A stretch of 63,573 nt of DNA, the filler included, from Guillardia theta CCMP2712 (lineage: Eukaryota; Protista; Cryptophyta): assembly GCF_000315625.1 (NCBI RefSeq). It is 5 parts of 5 records of this genome, joined end to end, with 100 filler letters (N's around TTAATTAATTAA, not from the genome) between each part and the next. Parts side by side here need not be neighbours in the genome. Positions count along the whole stretch, not along the records: positions 1 to 24,252 come from NW_005434429.1; positions 24,353 to 37,675 come from NW_005434640.1; 3 more parts are not named here. One strand, given 5' to 3'. A program made the translations under genes and the position numbers. A model generated the notes under the pieces. The model was not told the origin of the DNA. It saw only the letters and a list, made by a program, of their open reading frames with translations, and did not search any database. The number at the start of each line of letters is the position of its first letter. Position 1 is the stretch's first letter. This document shows positions 12,121 through 25,313 of the stretch, one piece after another.

Positions 12121-14450
12121 TTACTTTGGGTGGGGTAGCACTCGATCTGGCGGACGGTGTCTGTGCGAAGTGATCAGGCAGATGAGGTGGAGGTCAGTCG
12201 ACTTGCCTTTCTTGCTCTGGAAAGCCGGATGGTTGCAGATGAGGGGAGTGTAAAACACCAGAGCGTACCTGAGACCTGTCAAGAGGGCTCGAGGTGTGCT
12301 GGATGAGCTTACTTGCACGTAGACTTCTCCTTGATAGATGAGACAACGTTGAGACTGTTTGCAAAAGTTGTCATCCGTAAAGAACAGCACGATCCTTGCA
12401 TCATCCTCATCCTCGTCTTCATCATCAACAACAACACGTCCTCCACTACGGAATAACATGAAAACATAATCATCAACCAGAGCAAGAGCAAGGAACACAC
12501 CAAAAACAACATCGTCGTGAGCATCCATGACAAGTTGACATCTTTACCTGTCTGTGGCACACTTGAACTGAACTTCGACCTGCCGAGGTTCGCCTGTCAC
12601 GTCGCAGATAGTGCCCTTCGTGTAGGTCTGCGGGTCGACGTAAGAGCCAGGCAGAAGCATCGAGAACAGCGTTCCTGGGAGTAGAAGGCAGAGGAATCCT
12701 TTGAAGCGTCATCGATGTGGATACTGCGGAACAGAGCGAGTAAGAGCATGCATTAGTGTGTCGCAACAGCACTCACTTCCCCGAGTCGTCGACGATCTTC
12801 GACTCCTCATGGTATAATCCTGCCCAGCAGCTCAACTCCTCCTGCACCACCGCCGCCACCAGCACCACCAGCTCCAGCACCACATCCCCCTCCTTCTCTG
12901 TGGTAACTTACCCAGCATAAACTCAGCTGTGTTGACGCTATTCTCCTGGTGAAACTGCTTCAAGTGCTTCTGCCATCATCACAAGCTCCTGTCAAGTTTG
13001 CGCGTCCCCTCTGCTCCTCCCTCCCTCACTTGGTAGCAGAACTCGTAAGTCCACCAGCCCTCAACGCGATAGAAACAAGTCCCCGAAAGGCCAACAAGGT
13101 AGTCCGACACCTGCCGGGCTTGTCATTGGACTCAGTATCCGCTGCTATCTCACTCTTGGCTTCACATGTGAACCAGCATGGGTGCCTCCAGCAAGCAACG
13201 GATGATCGCTGCAAGATGCCTTCAGCTGGACTCATGTGCAGGAAATTCAGACCAGAGCAGCGGGGTTGCGAAGACGATGGTGTAGCTGCAAGTGGCATCC
13301 TCCTGGAAAGGGAGATAGAAGGGAGGAGGGGGAGAAGGACAGAAGGGTTGTCGATGAGAAGCCATCTGAGAGTGAGGAAAACATGGTCTGACCTTCATTG
13401 ATTCGATGTGGTTTTCCTTCCCTTCCACGCATCGATACAACACAACGGCATGTCGTGGTCCTGGGATGAGAGTGAGTGGCTGAGCTACGACCAACACAGA
13501 GAAGGAGTCGAGGGGAAGGGTTGAGATGAGACCGGGGAAATGGGATGGGGTGGGGGAAGGACTACCATTCGTCTCATCGCATCTTGTTCCTCCTTCGAAA
13601 TAGTGCTTTACGACAGAGGAATCCATCTGACCAATCAGGTCAACCACGGACCGTCTCTTTCCCAGCCCTCCACATCCTCTGTCTCCTTGCCCCCCCTCCC
13701 TCGCACGTCGCTCCTTTCGCTACTCACCGTGTCTTTGCTGACAACTTTGGGCACAACGGCTGTAAAATCAGGTGAGTTCTGATGTTGCTGGTTCACCCCT
13801 GACCTCGATCGAAGTCTCCAAGAGAGTACTCGACCGTCGTCTTCCTGCCATCAACGTCACACCCAGTCCGAGCATCCACGGCCAGCCGCTACCTCGCCTC
13901 CTCGTGGAACTGCCTGATCTTCTTCCCATGGCAGAGCTGCAACGAGCATCAGAGGTACCCTCCGTTGCCTTCGACTCAACCTCAAAGTTCCAGTAGCCGT
14001 CCGGACGGAGGAAGCATCGGCCAGTGAGGGGCGCGAGGAGGGAGTCAAGGGACGGCAGTTCCTGCTCGCTCTTGGCGTTGATATCAGCTTGCTGTCGACA
14101 CGCGTGAGGAAGAGGCGACAAGGCTAATCCTGCGCTCTGACCTTCTTCTGCTCCTCGACATGCTGAGCATCCTGCTCCTCAGTCGTCTTGCTCGGCATCA
14201 CGCAGTCGAACTCTTTGCCATTCTTGTCCTTCATCTTGACATAGTCCGATCGATGCGCGGGCCTTGCAACGTTGTGCGTGATGACGGTGTACTTGACGTT
14301 GGGGATCTCCGTTCCCTGCTCGACATCCTGTTGGGGTTGTGCTGGGGTTGTGCCCAGGCATGTCTGGGGAGCAAGGAAGAAGACGGTGAGGGCGGTCAAG
14401 ATGAACGCGTCGCTGAGCGGATCAACGAAGGAGCATCTCCACCGACCCAT
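12121..14450 (-). CDS. ER lectin with two MRH domains (ERLEC1/XTP3-B/OS-9 family), multi-exon
   Basis: Signal-peptide-like N-terminus. MRH1: CFLRPDGYWNFE/LCHGKKIRQFH..HYFEGGTRCDETNG/PRHAVVLYRC..EDATCSYTIVFATPLL. MRH2: YTKGTICDVTGEPRQVEVQFKC..SIKEKSTCK/YALVFYTPLICNHPAF. Confidence 0.85.
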
Positions 14451-14547
14451 GGACGCCAGCTGCTGTTTCATCGAAAGTGACGCGTCAGGGGAAGGGGGGC
14501 GATGACAGGTTAGAGCATTGAATATCTTACTGAATATCCTATTGGAT

Positions 14548-14682
14548 ATCATCATCATCATGATCATCATCATCATCATGATCATGATCATCATCATGAT
14601 CATCATCATGATCATGATCATCATCATGATCATGATCATCATCATGATCATGATCATCATCATCATCATCATCATCATCATC
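14548..14682. repeat. (ATC/ATG)n microsatellite
   Basis: Directly visible upstream of the lectin gene. Confidence 0.9.
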
Positions 14683-17600
14683 TGACATTCTTAGCTGAAT
14701 CCTCCCTCTGTCCATCCTTCTTCGCTCTCCAACACAGTTTCTCCCTACTTCTCAATCCTCGAGTTCCTCATACATCCTCGAGTTCCTCATACATCCTCGC
14801 TCTCCCCTTCCTCCCTTCCTGTCGTGCTGTGTGATGTTGAGCTGCCATGGTCACACTAACTTGCAACCGTCTGTAACTGTTCAAAATTTCGCAGTGCCCG
14901 CCGGCCCCAGGCCGGCCCGGCCGCCTGGGGCGCCCGGGACCGGGCGCGGCCCGGCCCCGAGACGGTCGGACCGGCCGCGTGGTCCGCCCGGACAGTCGGT
15001 GCCTCCGGCTCCGCCTGCCGCAGGCTCAGGCTGGCACGGGCGGCCACCGCCCGTCGGAGGATTCGCCCAGACGGTAGCCGCGGAGAGGGCTGTCACCAAG
15101 TCAAACGGTGCCGATCGGACTGCCGCAGTGCCGCTGCCAGTGCCGCACGGACCGTACCGCCAGCCGCTGAGCCTCAGCGGGCCTCGGAGTGGCACGGCTC
15201 AGCTCTCAGTGCGGCTCGGAGTGACGGTCACGCTGATCGGACCGTACCGTACGGTGCCAGGGGGCCGACTCAGCCCCGAACTTGACTCCCCGGCGCCGCG
15301 GCGCCGCAGCGCAGTGACGCCGGGCCCGGCGCGGCCGCCGCCGGCCGCACCGTGGCTTTACGGATTGAAATGAGTAGTACGGGTCCTTTGAATGCTGAAA
15401 AGTGGGTGGGGGTCATCTCTGAATGGGATTGGGTGGGTGTAGAGCAACGCCGGGGGTACGACGAACAAGTTCAATCTCCTAGTACCTCCTGGGATGCCTG
15501 AAAGGGGGTAGGTTTGTGAGGGTGATAGGGGTGGAGAATTAACGGGAGGGGTGGTAAGGGAAACCCTCCCGGTAGTATGTGTTCAGGGTCGGGTCAGGGC
15601 GTGTTTCGGGTGTAGGGACGGTGAAGGGGTTATTTGTACCGGGTTATAAAGCTTACTGTGAACTGAGGGGAAGGTGGGTAGTGAGATAACTCAAGGGGGT
15701 AGGGGTAGAAAGAATCCGGGAACAGGTGGATGAAAAGAAGGAATCGGGGAGACATATGGGTGGTACAAACGTGGGGGTGGGTAGCGGCTATCTACAGTAG
15801 GGGTGTATTAATGTGGAGGAGGGGGTGGGTCGTCCAACGGACGTACAGAACAGGAGCTTGTACTGTACCCGTCCCTTAGACTGAAATAGTACCGGTATTT
15901 CAAAGAGAAATCGAACCGGTCCATCTAACTTATCATTCAGGGGTGGGAGCTGATAGTGAGTTTCCTACTACCGGATAGGCTAAAATTGGTTGTAGTGGAA
16001 TAGGACCCTGTATGTAGGAATTTGGAGGGGGTGGGGTGATGATTTAGGGGTGGAAGGGTACTGCAAACGTGTAAGCCGGGGTAGTGTACGATCAATGTGG
16101 GGTACATCAAAATATGTTTGTATTTTTTTCTATCTATGACGGGGTATTTTGATATAAAATATGTGGTGTGGGTTTGGACTAGGGGGTAGGGGTCATATTG
16201 TCCACGGGAGGCAAGGCCTGCAAGGTAAGCTGATAGAGAAGGGTCATTGCGTAGGGTGGGGTTGTGGTTTGCTATGGCGGCAGAGCGAAATTTGAAGGAG
16301 GGCAAAGAACTTGGCAGCAAGTAGAAAAAGAAAAGAGAGGGGGAAGGAGGGAGAGTTCAGGAAGGAAGTGAAAGATTATGAATGTGCTCACGAATCAGGA
16401 GAATAGTAAAGAGTAGAACGACATAGAAGGGGACAATCAGGGCTGGAAGTCAGTGGGGAATGGTGGATGAAGTGTTGACAATACAAGCAGAAGAGGAATC
16501 AAAGGAAGGCGAACATGGACGAACAGCAAGAATAAACATCGTTTGCAGAAAGCTTGAGTGGAGAAGTAGTGAATGATACGAATCAGAGCTAGGGTAAAAT
16601 TTGTACGGTCTGTGTGACTCCAGCAGTTTCATCAGGACTAAGTGTAGGAATACCATGAGAGCATGGTTGTCAGGGTCAATCTTAGACGATTATCTTCATT
16701 TGTGGAGTCAACAACAACAAACTCGATCAGAAATCAGAAGGGCAGGAAAAGAATTAGCGTACATGCCTCTGATTGTTATGTGGGGAGGTTCTTGACTTTG
16801 CGCCAACACCTGCCCGACTCACGCTCACGGCCTGGCAATCTTTAGTTTCTGATAGGGGAGCAGCCGTGATATGCATGTAGCTTGTGTAGATTGAGAGAAG
16901 GTTTCAAATACCGCTCCATGGTAAAAGCTAAACTTGAGCAGAATCAAGTCCCTGAGTGGGAGGTCCTCAGTGTATGGGTGTGTGCTAGGTGATCATATTC
17001 CATTCCGATCGATGAAACTCTGAATAGAAAGGCTTGCTAGACTTGTTGTATCATATGGAAATTACATATAGTTGATTTCTCTTACACATTGATCGATTTG
17101 TCTTGTTTCACCTCCTCACTCCCCCAGTGCCTGTTCGGCCTCATCGGTTGTTTGCATGTGCATGGGTGTTGGAATGGAGAACAAGTGTCTCGAATGAGAT
17201 ATGTTGAATACGATGCAAAGCTATGAGAGCTTTGTCTGGACATCGTGTTGATCGGCCTAATGCTGTTTGTTCCAGCTCGTTTCTCTTGTGTGTCAAGCTC
17301 CTTGTTTGGAGCACGTACTTGTCGGCTATCCCTCTCGGAGCGAATGACACTGGTTCAAAAGAGGACTAATGCTTCCGATGATCGATAGACAGGTTGGTAC
17401 CTGAACTGTAGGTCTGAGAATCTCACTCTCTTCCAGCAGACAGAATGTGACTCTGCAAACAAGAATGAGAGAGGGTTAGAACCTCAGGTCGAAGGGGCGG
17501 TGGAATCCATCAAGGACTGGTCTCAATCACAGGATGTAAACGATCAGCATATCTCTCAGAGCATGGCGGTGCCTGAAAGAGAGTCCAAGGCGAATGAGGA

Positions 17601-17982
17601 ACTGGGTTCTTCCGCGGTGCAGCTCATTGACTGTGAGCAAACAGGTTGGTGGATGTAAAGAAATTTGTGATGCTTTTGTTGATCGTTTCCCGTAGCAGAG
17701 GATGTCTTGTCCAACTTTCCATTCCAGCGAAAACAGTCTATGATCTTGTACGTGGCACCGGCGGAACCGATAAGGGATAAGAAGGGAAACACTAGCAGAG
17801 GGACAAATACGGGGCCAGGAGCCCATTTGCCATGTGCACTGCAGGAACGAAGGGGGTCGGACGATATCTCTTTCTGCATTCCCAGTGCTCCTCAGATGGG
17901 TCGTGCGTTCATGCAACGTCTGCCCAGGTTGAGGCTCCCTTGTTGGACTACAAATCTCTCACTCCCTTTCTCCAGCATCGGT

Positions 17983-19305
17983 ATGGACTGCACCCAGCCT
18001 TATACTCACCAGGCAGGGGGTGCGCGAGAGCTGAAACGGTTTTCCAAAACCATCGTGGCAAAGCCGTGCAGCTCACGCGAGGCCTGGTTTTACGAGACAG
18101 TAGCTTCAAGGTAGCCATGGATGGTGATCCCAGACCTTTCCGCTGACTCTTCACAGCATGAATCCTTTCACTCCTGAGTGCCATGGACTGCGAAAAGGAC
18201 GAGATGGCGGCAGCGCGGCGACCTTGATCTTGCTCGAAGACTTGACATTGGGCTTCCGATGCCCGTAAGCCGAATTGTAACTGAGCTGGTGGGACGTTAA
18301 CTCGCTCGTCAGTTGCGTTCTCGACGTCAAGATGGGAGTGTGTACTGCTGCACCTGACCGAAGTGAATCGAAACGACTTTCTTGTGAAGCAAAGGATAAG
18401 ATCACTACAACTGGAAGCATCGGTGCTAGAATCTGTGGGCTCCGAGTCTACCAGGTGCAAGTGCTTGTCGGAATTTTGCTGGGCTGACGAAGTGCAGGTC
18501 AAATCACACGAATATAGAATGCTTGACAAACATTGGGGAAAGAATTTAACGTTCCAAGATTTTAGTGAAGGCATGCAAAGTATGGCCAGTTCTACTCTGC
18601 AACCAGTTGTCTTCCTTATTTTCTCTTGTGCAGTTTTCTTTAATAATGGAGTGCGAATCAGAAGACGAATAGCGCACAGGATGTTGGAATTACTGAAACC
18701 GATAGCTAGGATGATGGAATCTGTCAAGTACAGGTCAACTGAGCTAGGCGCCGCCTTGATCGCTGATATCTTTGTCAGATTCTACGCTAGTTCCATCCTC
18801 TTCATCTATGAGGGCCTGGAAGAACACCCGTCGGACGCTGGGGTGGATGAAATGGAAGAACCAGCCCACGAGGATCACATTGAATCGGACGCGCAAGTGG
18901 TGGAAAGCATCGACCCTTCCAAGAATGTGTCGCAAGGGCAGCATACGGATGCAGATCCGAACTTCGATTCGGCTAAGAATGCTGAGTCCATTCAGAAGGA
19001 GGTAACGATAGCCTTGTGCTGTTGGGCCATAGAGGGCGACCTGACAGTTGGCTGGGACAGAATCAGGGGCTGTATGCGCGGATTGACGAGAATGCGAGGA
19101 TAGAGGCTCGTATGATTGACTTCGCTCATGTGTTTCCGCTGGAGGGCACCATCGAGCACAGGTTGCGCCCTCCCTCTTTCTGCAACGTTTTGATTGATAC
19201 CTGTACAGGGATGAATCGTACCTGTGTGGTCTAAAGAACTTGATGGCTGTGCTGGAGGGCATTGGAGATGGGCAGGAGCCATCGAAGATCAATGTGAGAG
19301 AATGA
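17983..19305 (+). CDS. Inositol polyphosphate kinase (IPK/IPMK/IP6K family), multi-exon; may extend 5' to ~17400
   Basis: Spliced motifs HQAGG, KPCSSREAWFYE, LLEDLTLGFRCP/CVLDVKMG (PxxxDxKxG), FYASSILFIYEG, MIDFAH and DESYLCGLKNL. Confidence 0.9.
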
Positions 19306-20592
19306 GAGCAAGGAGGACAAGGAGGAAGTGAAGAATGAGAGAAGTGAAGAAGAACAGAAGGAAGGAGTAGGGAAATTGTGGAGGAGAGGAAGAGGAGAGA
19401 GGAGAGGGATGAGGGGTTCTGACATCTGCCTTAGATTCACAACTATACCAATGATGCTCGACTACATCGGCACTGCTTGTATCCCACCCTCGTCGTGCTG
19501 CTCGCCGCTGACCGTCTCCTCCAGGTGCGCGAAGGGCCAGTCCGAGCGAGAGGCTCTCGGAGTCCTGGACTCACGTACCTTCGGTAAGGAGGAGGAAGCA
19601 AAGTTGTGGAGGTCTTGGGGGGTGTAACGGAAGAGGAGGACAAACGGTGGTTAACTGACGGTTGGTTCAGTCAACGACATTGAGGAGAATGAAAACAGAG
19701 ACTGTTCGACTCTCCTGCCATAATCCTGGTGATAACTTGACTTAACTGTGAGTGAAGAAAGGAACTTGCCATCAAAGCAAATGGCATCATCTCCGCCGGG
19801 CTACAACCGGCGATTGACGACCGCCACCGCCATGCGGCAGCCTGCTGACTCAGCAGACTGAGCCGCCGCGGCTCGGCCCGGCGTGAAAGGCCTGGGCTAA
19901 GTTGCAATCTTCAATCAGCCTGCACCGTAAGAACTGGGTTAGCGAGGGGTAAGATTTGTTGTCTAAGTTATCAAGAATCGGAAAGAAAGGTTTTTATATG
20001 ATGTATCACTATCACTATCACTATCACTGTCACTACCTCTGTGATTGATCGCTGTGATGGAAGTGGTGTAACGACGCTGTACCTGTTACAAAGCACTCCA
20101 CTGTTACCAAAGTGACGCGGCTCTGAGCTAGCCGCAACTTCGGCTTGTTTGATTCCCATCGCATTCTCCCTTGAACGAGCGGTCATCCGCTACTCGTCTC
20201 TTGCTCTCTGCTGCTTCTTCCCATCCTCCTTGTCTCTCTGTCTTCCAACGCGTCAAGTTGACTGGGAGAATGTGTTGCTCGCCAGGACCGCCCACGTCAA
20301 CCTGTGGGTGGGGTACATTTCAAGGAAAATAGGGGGTAGAGGTGGTGCGAGCCGTTGGGTCGCGGTCGAGTCAAGATAATGCCGCAGTTTCGGCGAGGAG
20401 GGAGGGAGGGAGGGAGGGAGGGAGGGAGGGAGGGAGGGAGGTAAGAGATGGATGCGATGACGAAGGATGTGAAGGAAGGCCAAGAATATAAGTGAATGTG
20501 AAGAGTGAAGACGAGCAGAGGTCATTCACAATCAGAAGACATTATTGACATCTCTACACATCTCTACCTGACATAGACTTATCTCAGCCGCC

Positions 20593-22866
20593 ATGGCGCC
20601 GTCGTTCGCTAGGAAACCGTCGTCAAGAGTCGCCACAGGGAGGACCAACAGAACTTCGCATTCTGAGCCGAACAGGTTCTGTTGCACGCTCTACTTCAGT
20701 TGTTGCTAAACCTCCTCCTCCCATGCAGCCCTGCCGCTACTCCTGGTGGAGATACTGTCGGACCGAGAGGACAAAGCAGTCAAGGACGAGCTCGACCTTC
20801 TCCTCTCCCTCTTCCAGGCTCGCAGAGCTGGAGAAGCAGGGATGACGGCAACGAGGGGAGTGTGGGAAGTCGAGGCAGGAAGAGCATCGTCAACATTCGA
20901 GATCGCATCGCCAACGAGCTCAAAGACAAATTCGACCAGCACATCTTGATAGACAAGTACTTTTACACTTCTCTCCTCCTCCTTTCATCTTCTTCTCCGC
21001 TCACGCTGCTCCTCTCGTCTCCCCTCACCGTGTTTCGTGACTTTTCTTACCCCTGCTTACCTGCTTCTTTCTCTTCTCTCCTCCGTACCTCGCCCTCCCT
21101 TCCTTCACCCTCCACTCCCTCCTTATCCTCCCTACCGCGTCCTGCCTTCCTTCCTGCTCCTCTCCCTTCTCTCTTGTCTTCCCTTCCTCCCCGCGGCAGG
21201 GATCGTCCAGAGTTTTGCCCTCACGCTCTGGCAGGCTCTACGATAAAATCTACCGCAACACATCGCGAACCCGCGAGGCCTTTCGGAGCTTCGACCCGGA
21301 GGTCAGTCGAGCTTGCAAGGGAGGAGCAGGAGGGAAAGGGGGAGCAGGAGAGTAGTGGGTTCAACGAGGGAGAGAAGAAGCGAGAGAATCTGGTTCAGAC
21401 AGTGGGAAGCGAAAGGAACATAGGTAGGAGACGGGAGGAAATGAAAGGAAGTGAAGGCGGTGATTGTGAACGAGGAGGAAGAAGAGGGAGGAGCGGCATG
21501 GAAGGAGAGGGAAGGGGAGGAGGGGAAGGAGGAGGGGGCTCGGAATGACACCGGGGGCAGGGGAAGGGGAACGTTCCGCTGGAGCAATTCTTCCAGTCTG
21601 TGGGCCTGCGGTACAACATGATCTTCTCGGAGCGAGAGAAATATCTTCTGCGTGCGTACATGGACAAGAACAAGGATGGCACGATAGACTACAAGGAATT
21701 TCTGGACCACTTCGACCATCCTTACAACGTCTACCACAAGGCCGTCCAGCCCGACCTCCCTCCTCCTCCCTCCGCCCCCCGCACCTCCCACAGCAACAGG
21801 GTGAGGTCGAGCCCGAGCTACCCGGCCAAGTCGCAGAGATCGCAGAGGGCGGAGGAGGAGGAGAAGGAGAGGGACGCGCTTGTGCGGAAGATCCGGCAGA
21901 AGCTGTCGGCAGGGAACAAGCGGCTGCAGCGGATTTTCAACCACATTGACGACAACGGGGACGGGTTCCTGACGGCATCTGAGCTGAAGAAGGGCCTCAA
22001 GGATATGGGCTTCGAACTGAACGAGCAGGAGCTTCACTTCCTCGTTGACTTCGTTGACTCAGGAGGGCTAGGGAGGAGGAGGAGGAGGAGGAGGGAGGAG
22101 GAGGAGGAGGAGGAGGAGGAGGAGGGAGGTAGGGTTGGGAGGGGGAGGACGGAAGGGAGCGNNNNNNNNNNNNNNNNNNNNNNNNNNNNNNNNNNNNNNN
22201 NNNNNNNNNNNNNNNNNNNNNNNNNNNNNNNNNNNNNNNNNNNNNNNNNNNNNNNNNNNNNNNNNNNNNNNNNNNNNNNNNNNNNNNNNNNNNNNNNNNN
22301 NNNNNNNNNNNNNNNNNNNNNNNNNNNNNNNNNNNNNNNNNNNNNNNNNNNNNNNNNNNNNNNNNNNNNNNNNNNNNNNNNNNNNNNNNNNNNNNNNNNN
22401 NNNNNNNNNNNNNNNNNNNNNNNNNNNNNNNNNNNNNNNNNNNNNNNNNNNNNNNNNNNNNNNNNNNNNNNNNNNNNNNNNNNNNNNNNNNNNNNNNNNN
22501 NNNNNNNNNNNNNNNNNNNNNNNNNNNNNNNNNNNNNNNNNNNNCCAAGGAGGAGGAGGAGGAGGAGGAGGAGGAGAATTCAGCAGGGACACCTTCTCGC
22601 CAGTGAGGTCTCCAGGGGAGGGAGTGAGAGTGAGGACAGCAAAGAGCGGAGGGTATCCTCCACCGAGCACAGGAGCGCTGTATCCTGGTCTTTCACGCGG
22701 GTTCCTTGACAGCTACAAGGGGAGAAACGCGGCAGCGCATGACACGTGGGAGAACTTGATGCCTGCTCGTGAGTCCGCCTGGTTTTCTGAGGAGGGAGAT
22801 CGCTTCCTCAGCCTCAGCAGGACCGCGTACAGAGGTGGAACAGGAGGAGGAGGAGCAGGGGGAAAG

Positions 22867-22914
<48 letters not shown>

Positions 22915-23178
22915 GAAGGAGGAGACTGTGGAAAGGAGGAGCGGAAGGAGACGGCAGTGGTTCATGATCGTCAGGACTTTTGGCGGCAGATGAAGGAGAA
23001 GTCACTGAGGAGGAGGAGGGAGAACGCAGAGAGGATCGAGCAGGTCAAGGAGGTCAGAAATCTTCTGCAGGAGGAGCGAGACAAGAGCAATCTGAGGGAG
23101 AAAGGAAAGGCCCGTCTCAACAACCTCCTCTACGCTACCGGGATGAAACTTCCATCTCCTCCTCCTGCCTCCAGATGA
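20593..23178 (+). CDS. EF-hand calcium-binding protein, multi-exon, spans an assembly gap
   Basis: EF-hand loops DKNKDGTIDYKEF and DDNGDGFLTASEL in ORF 21600-22160; charged C-terminal exon ends at 23178. Confidence 0.75.
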
Positions 23179-23625
23179 AGCGAATGAAAACTTTACTGAC
23201 AGTCCGTCCTCGCTCCTCGTCCTGTCCCCACATCTCCCCCCCAACTATTCATCTCCCCTCCTCCACTTCCATCGTCCTCCTCCTGCTCCTCCTTCAGACA
23301 CTTTGTATGCCGTGATGCTTGTCTCTGCCCGTTCTCAGTTTTTGCTGTACTCCTTGAAGACAATTGCGGCATTGTGGCCTCCAAAGCCTGCCATCTCCGT
23401 CAGTCTCCTCCTCCAGCACAAATTCTCGTCCTCCTCTTCCTCTCTGTCTGCCTCCTCCTATCCTCCTCTGCAACATCCTCCCCCAGTACTGCCACGTACT
23501 CCCATTCTCCTCCTCTGCAACATCCTTCTCCTCGTACCAAGGTTGTCGCTGATGGCAGCACGCACACGCTCCATCTTGACGGCCTGCAGATAGTTGTGAG
23601 AAGAAGTAGAAGAGCAAGTGGAGAG

Positions 23626-23875
23626 GAGGGAGGCGAGGGGCAGGAGGGGTAGGAGAGCGAGGGAGGCGAGGGGCAGGAGGGGTAGGAGAGCGAGGGAGGC
23701 GAGGGGCAGGAGGGGTAGGAGAGCGAGGGAGGCGAGGGGCAGGAGGGGTAGGAGAGCGAGGGAGGCGAGGGGCAGGAGGGGTAGGAGAGCGAGGGAGGCG
23801 AGGGGCAGGAGGGGTAGGAGAGCGAGGGAGGCGAGGGGCAGGAGGGGTAGGAGAGCGAGGGGCAGGAGGGGTAGG
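23626..23875. repeat. 33-bp purine-rich minisatellite x~7.5
   Basis: gagggaggcgaggggcaggaggggtaggagagc repeated; probably intronic in a minus-strand gene fragment. Confidence 0.9.
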
Positions 23876-24252
23876 TTTGACCTTGTGCCGAGTGTAATCC
23901 AAGTCGCATCCGTCCTCGATATCTGCGACAAGTTCAGCCTCTTCTCTCTTCCTCCTCCTCCTCCTCCTCGTCCTCCTCCTCCTCCTCCTCCATCTTTTCC
24001 ATCCCCTTTCTCTTCCTCCTGCTTGTCACTCTGCACCTTCCGTTGCTCTCTACTCTTCCTCCTCCTCCCTCCCTCCTGCTTGCCCTCATCAATCACCAGG
24101 CTCATCGCAATTGAGCGTCGGAGGGATCCACCCAGTCTTGACCTGAGCCATCCAATGTGAGACTGCAGGGTAAAGCAGGGAGGAGGAGGAGGAGGAGAAG
24201 GGAGGAGGAGGAGGAGGAAGGGGAGAGGAGGAGGAGGAAGGAGGAGGAGGAA

Positions 24253-24352
24253 NNNNNNNNNNNNNNNNNNNNNNNNNNNNNNNNNNNNNNNNNNNNTTAA
24301 TTAATTAANNNNNNNNNNNNNNNNNNNNNNNNNNNNNNNNNNNNNNNNNNNN
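24253..24352. other. Artificial scaffold linker (N-TTAATTAATTAA-N); also at ~37676-37775, ~58010-58109 and ~62358-62457
   Basis: The same 100-nt N-padded stop-in-all-frames spacer occurs four times. Confidence 0.97.
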
Positions 24353-25313
24353 GCCGCGCCGCGCCGCCCCGCCCCCCCTCCCCCCCCCCGGGCCCCCACG
24401 GGCCCACCAAGCTATCATCGTCCGATCAGGGAGAACACTGAAGCGATTCTCATCTCCGAGGCTGGCCGGCCCGGGCGAGCTGAGTCCGGCACCGTACGGT
24501 CGCCGCCGCGCCCGGCCGTCTCGGACGGTCCGTGGCAGGAGCAACGGCGTGACTGAGCCTCCGTCGGAGCCTCGCCGCCTCAACATTCACGGTCACCGTA
24601 GTCCGAGGCTCAGCGGCTGGTTGGCAACTGAGCGTTCCGCGCTTCAATGTGCGGCCGGGCGGCACCAACGGTCCGACGGCGCCGTGCCGGGCGGCCCCGC
24701 GGCGGCGGCCCGGGCGTGACTCGTGACTCTTGAGAGTCAGCCCGGGGTGCAACGTGCGGCGGCCGCGCGGCCCGGCGAGTCACGGGCCGCTCTGTACAAC
24801 CTGAGCCCCGGGGCGCAGGCGCTCTACGGTCGGAAACTTGCGGCTCGGAACCGGGCGCGCGGCGGCCGCCGTCGCGCGACCGTACCGGCCGCGCGGGCCG
24901 TACAACCGTACCGTACGGTACGCTGCGGCAAACTTCCGAGTCGGTCGGCCCCGCGCCGGGGGCCCCCGCGGCTCAGTTCTCAGCGGCCCGGGCCGCCTGA
25001 GTCACCATCATGGCATGTGGGCCGCGGATGAACTCAGGCTCGCCGAAAGATGCCAGTGATTGAGTAAAGTTAGGAACCGTCGGAAGAGTTTCAAATTCAA
25101 ACGGCCCAGACCGTTTTCCCCTACACGCCTCCTCCTTCGCTGCTAGCCCCCCGCTAACCGCACCCAACTTCTCTTCTCCTCCCTCCCTCCCTCCCTCCCT
25201 CCCTCCCTCCCTTCCCCACACTGTCTTGCTTGTTTGTTTTGATCTGTGAGGTGCAACTCTACGATTGCCTGTGCTGATATCGAGAGCGATCGAGACAGTT
25301 GTTCAGTTCCTCC

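Noticed and set aside
24297-24308. TTAATTAATTAA palindrome flanked by Ns (four occurrences)
   Set aside because: Artificial concatenation linker; no synteny can be inferred across it.
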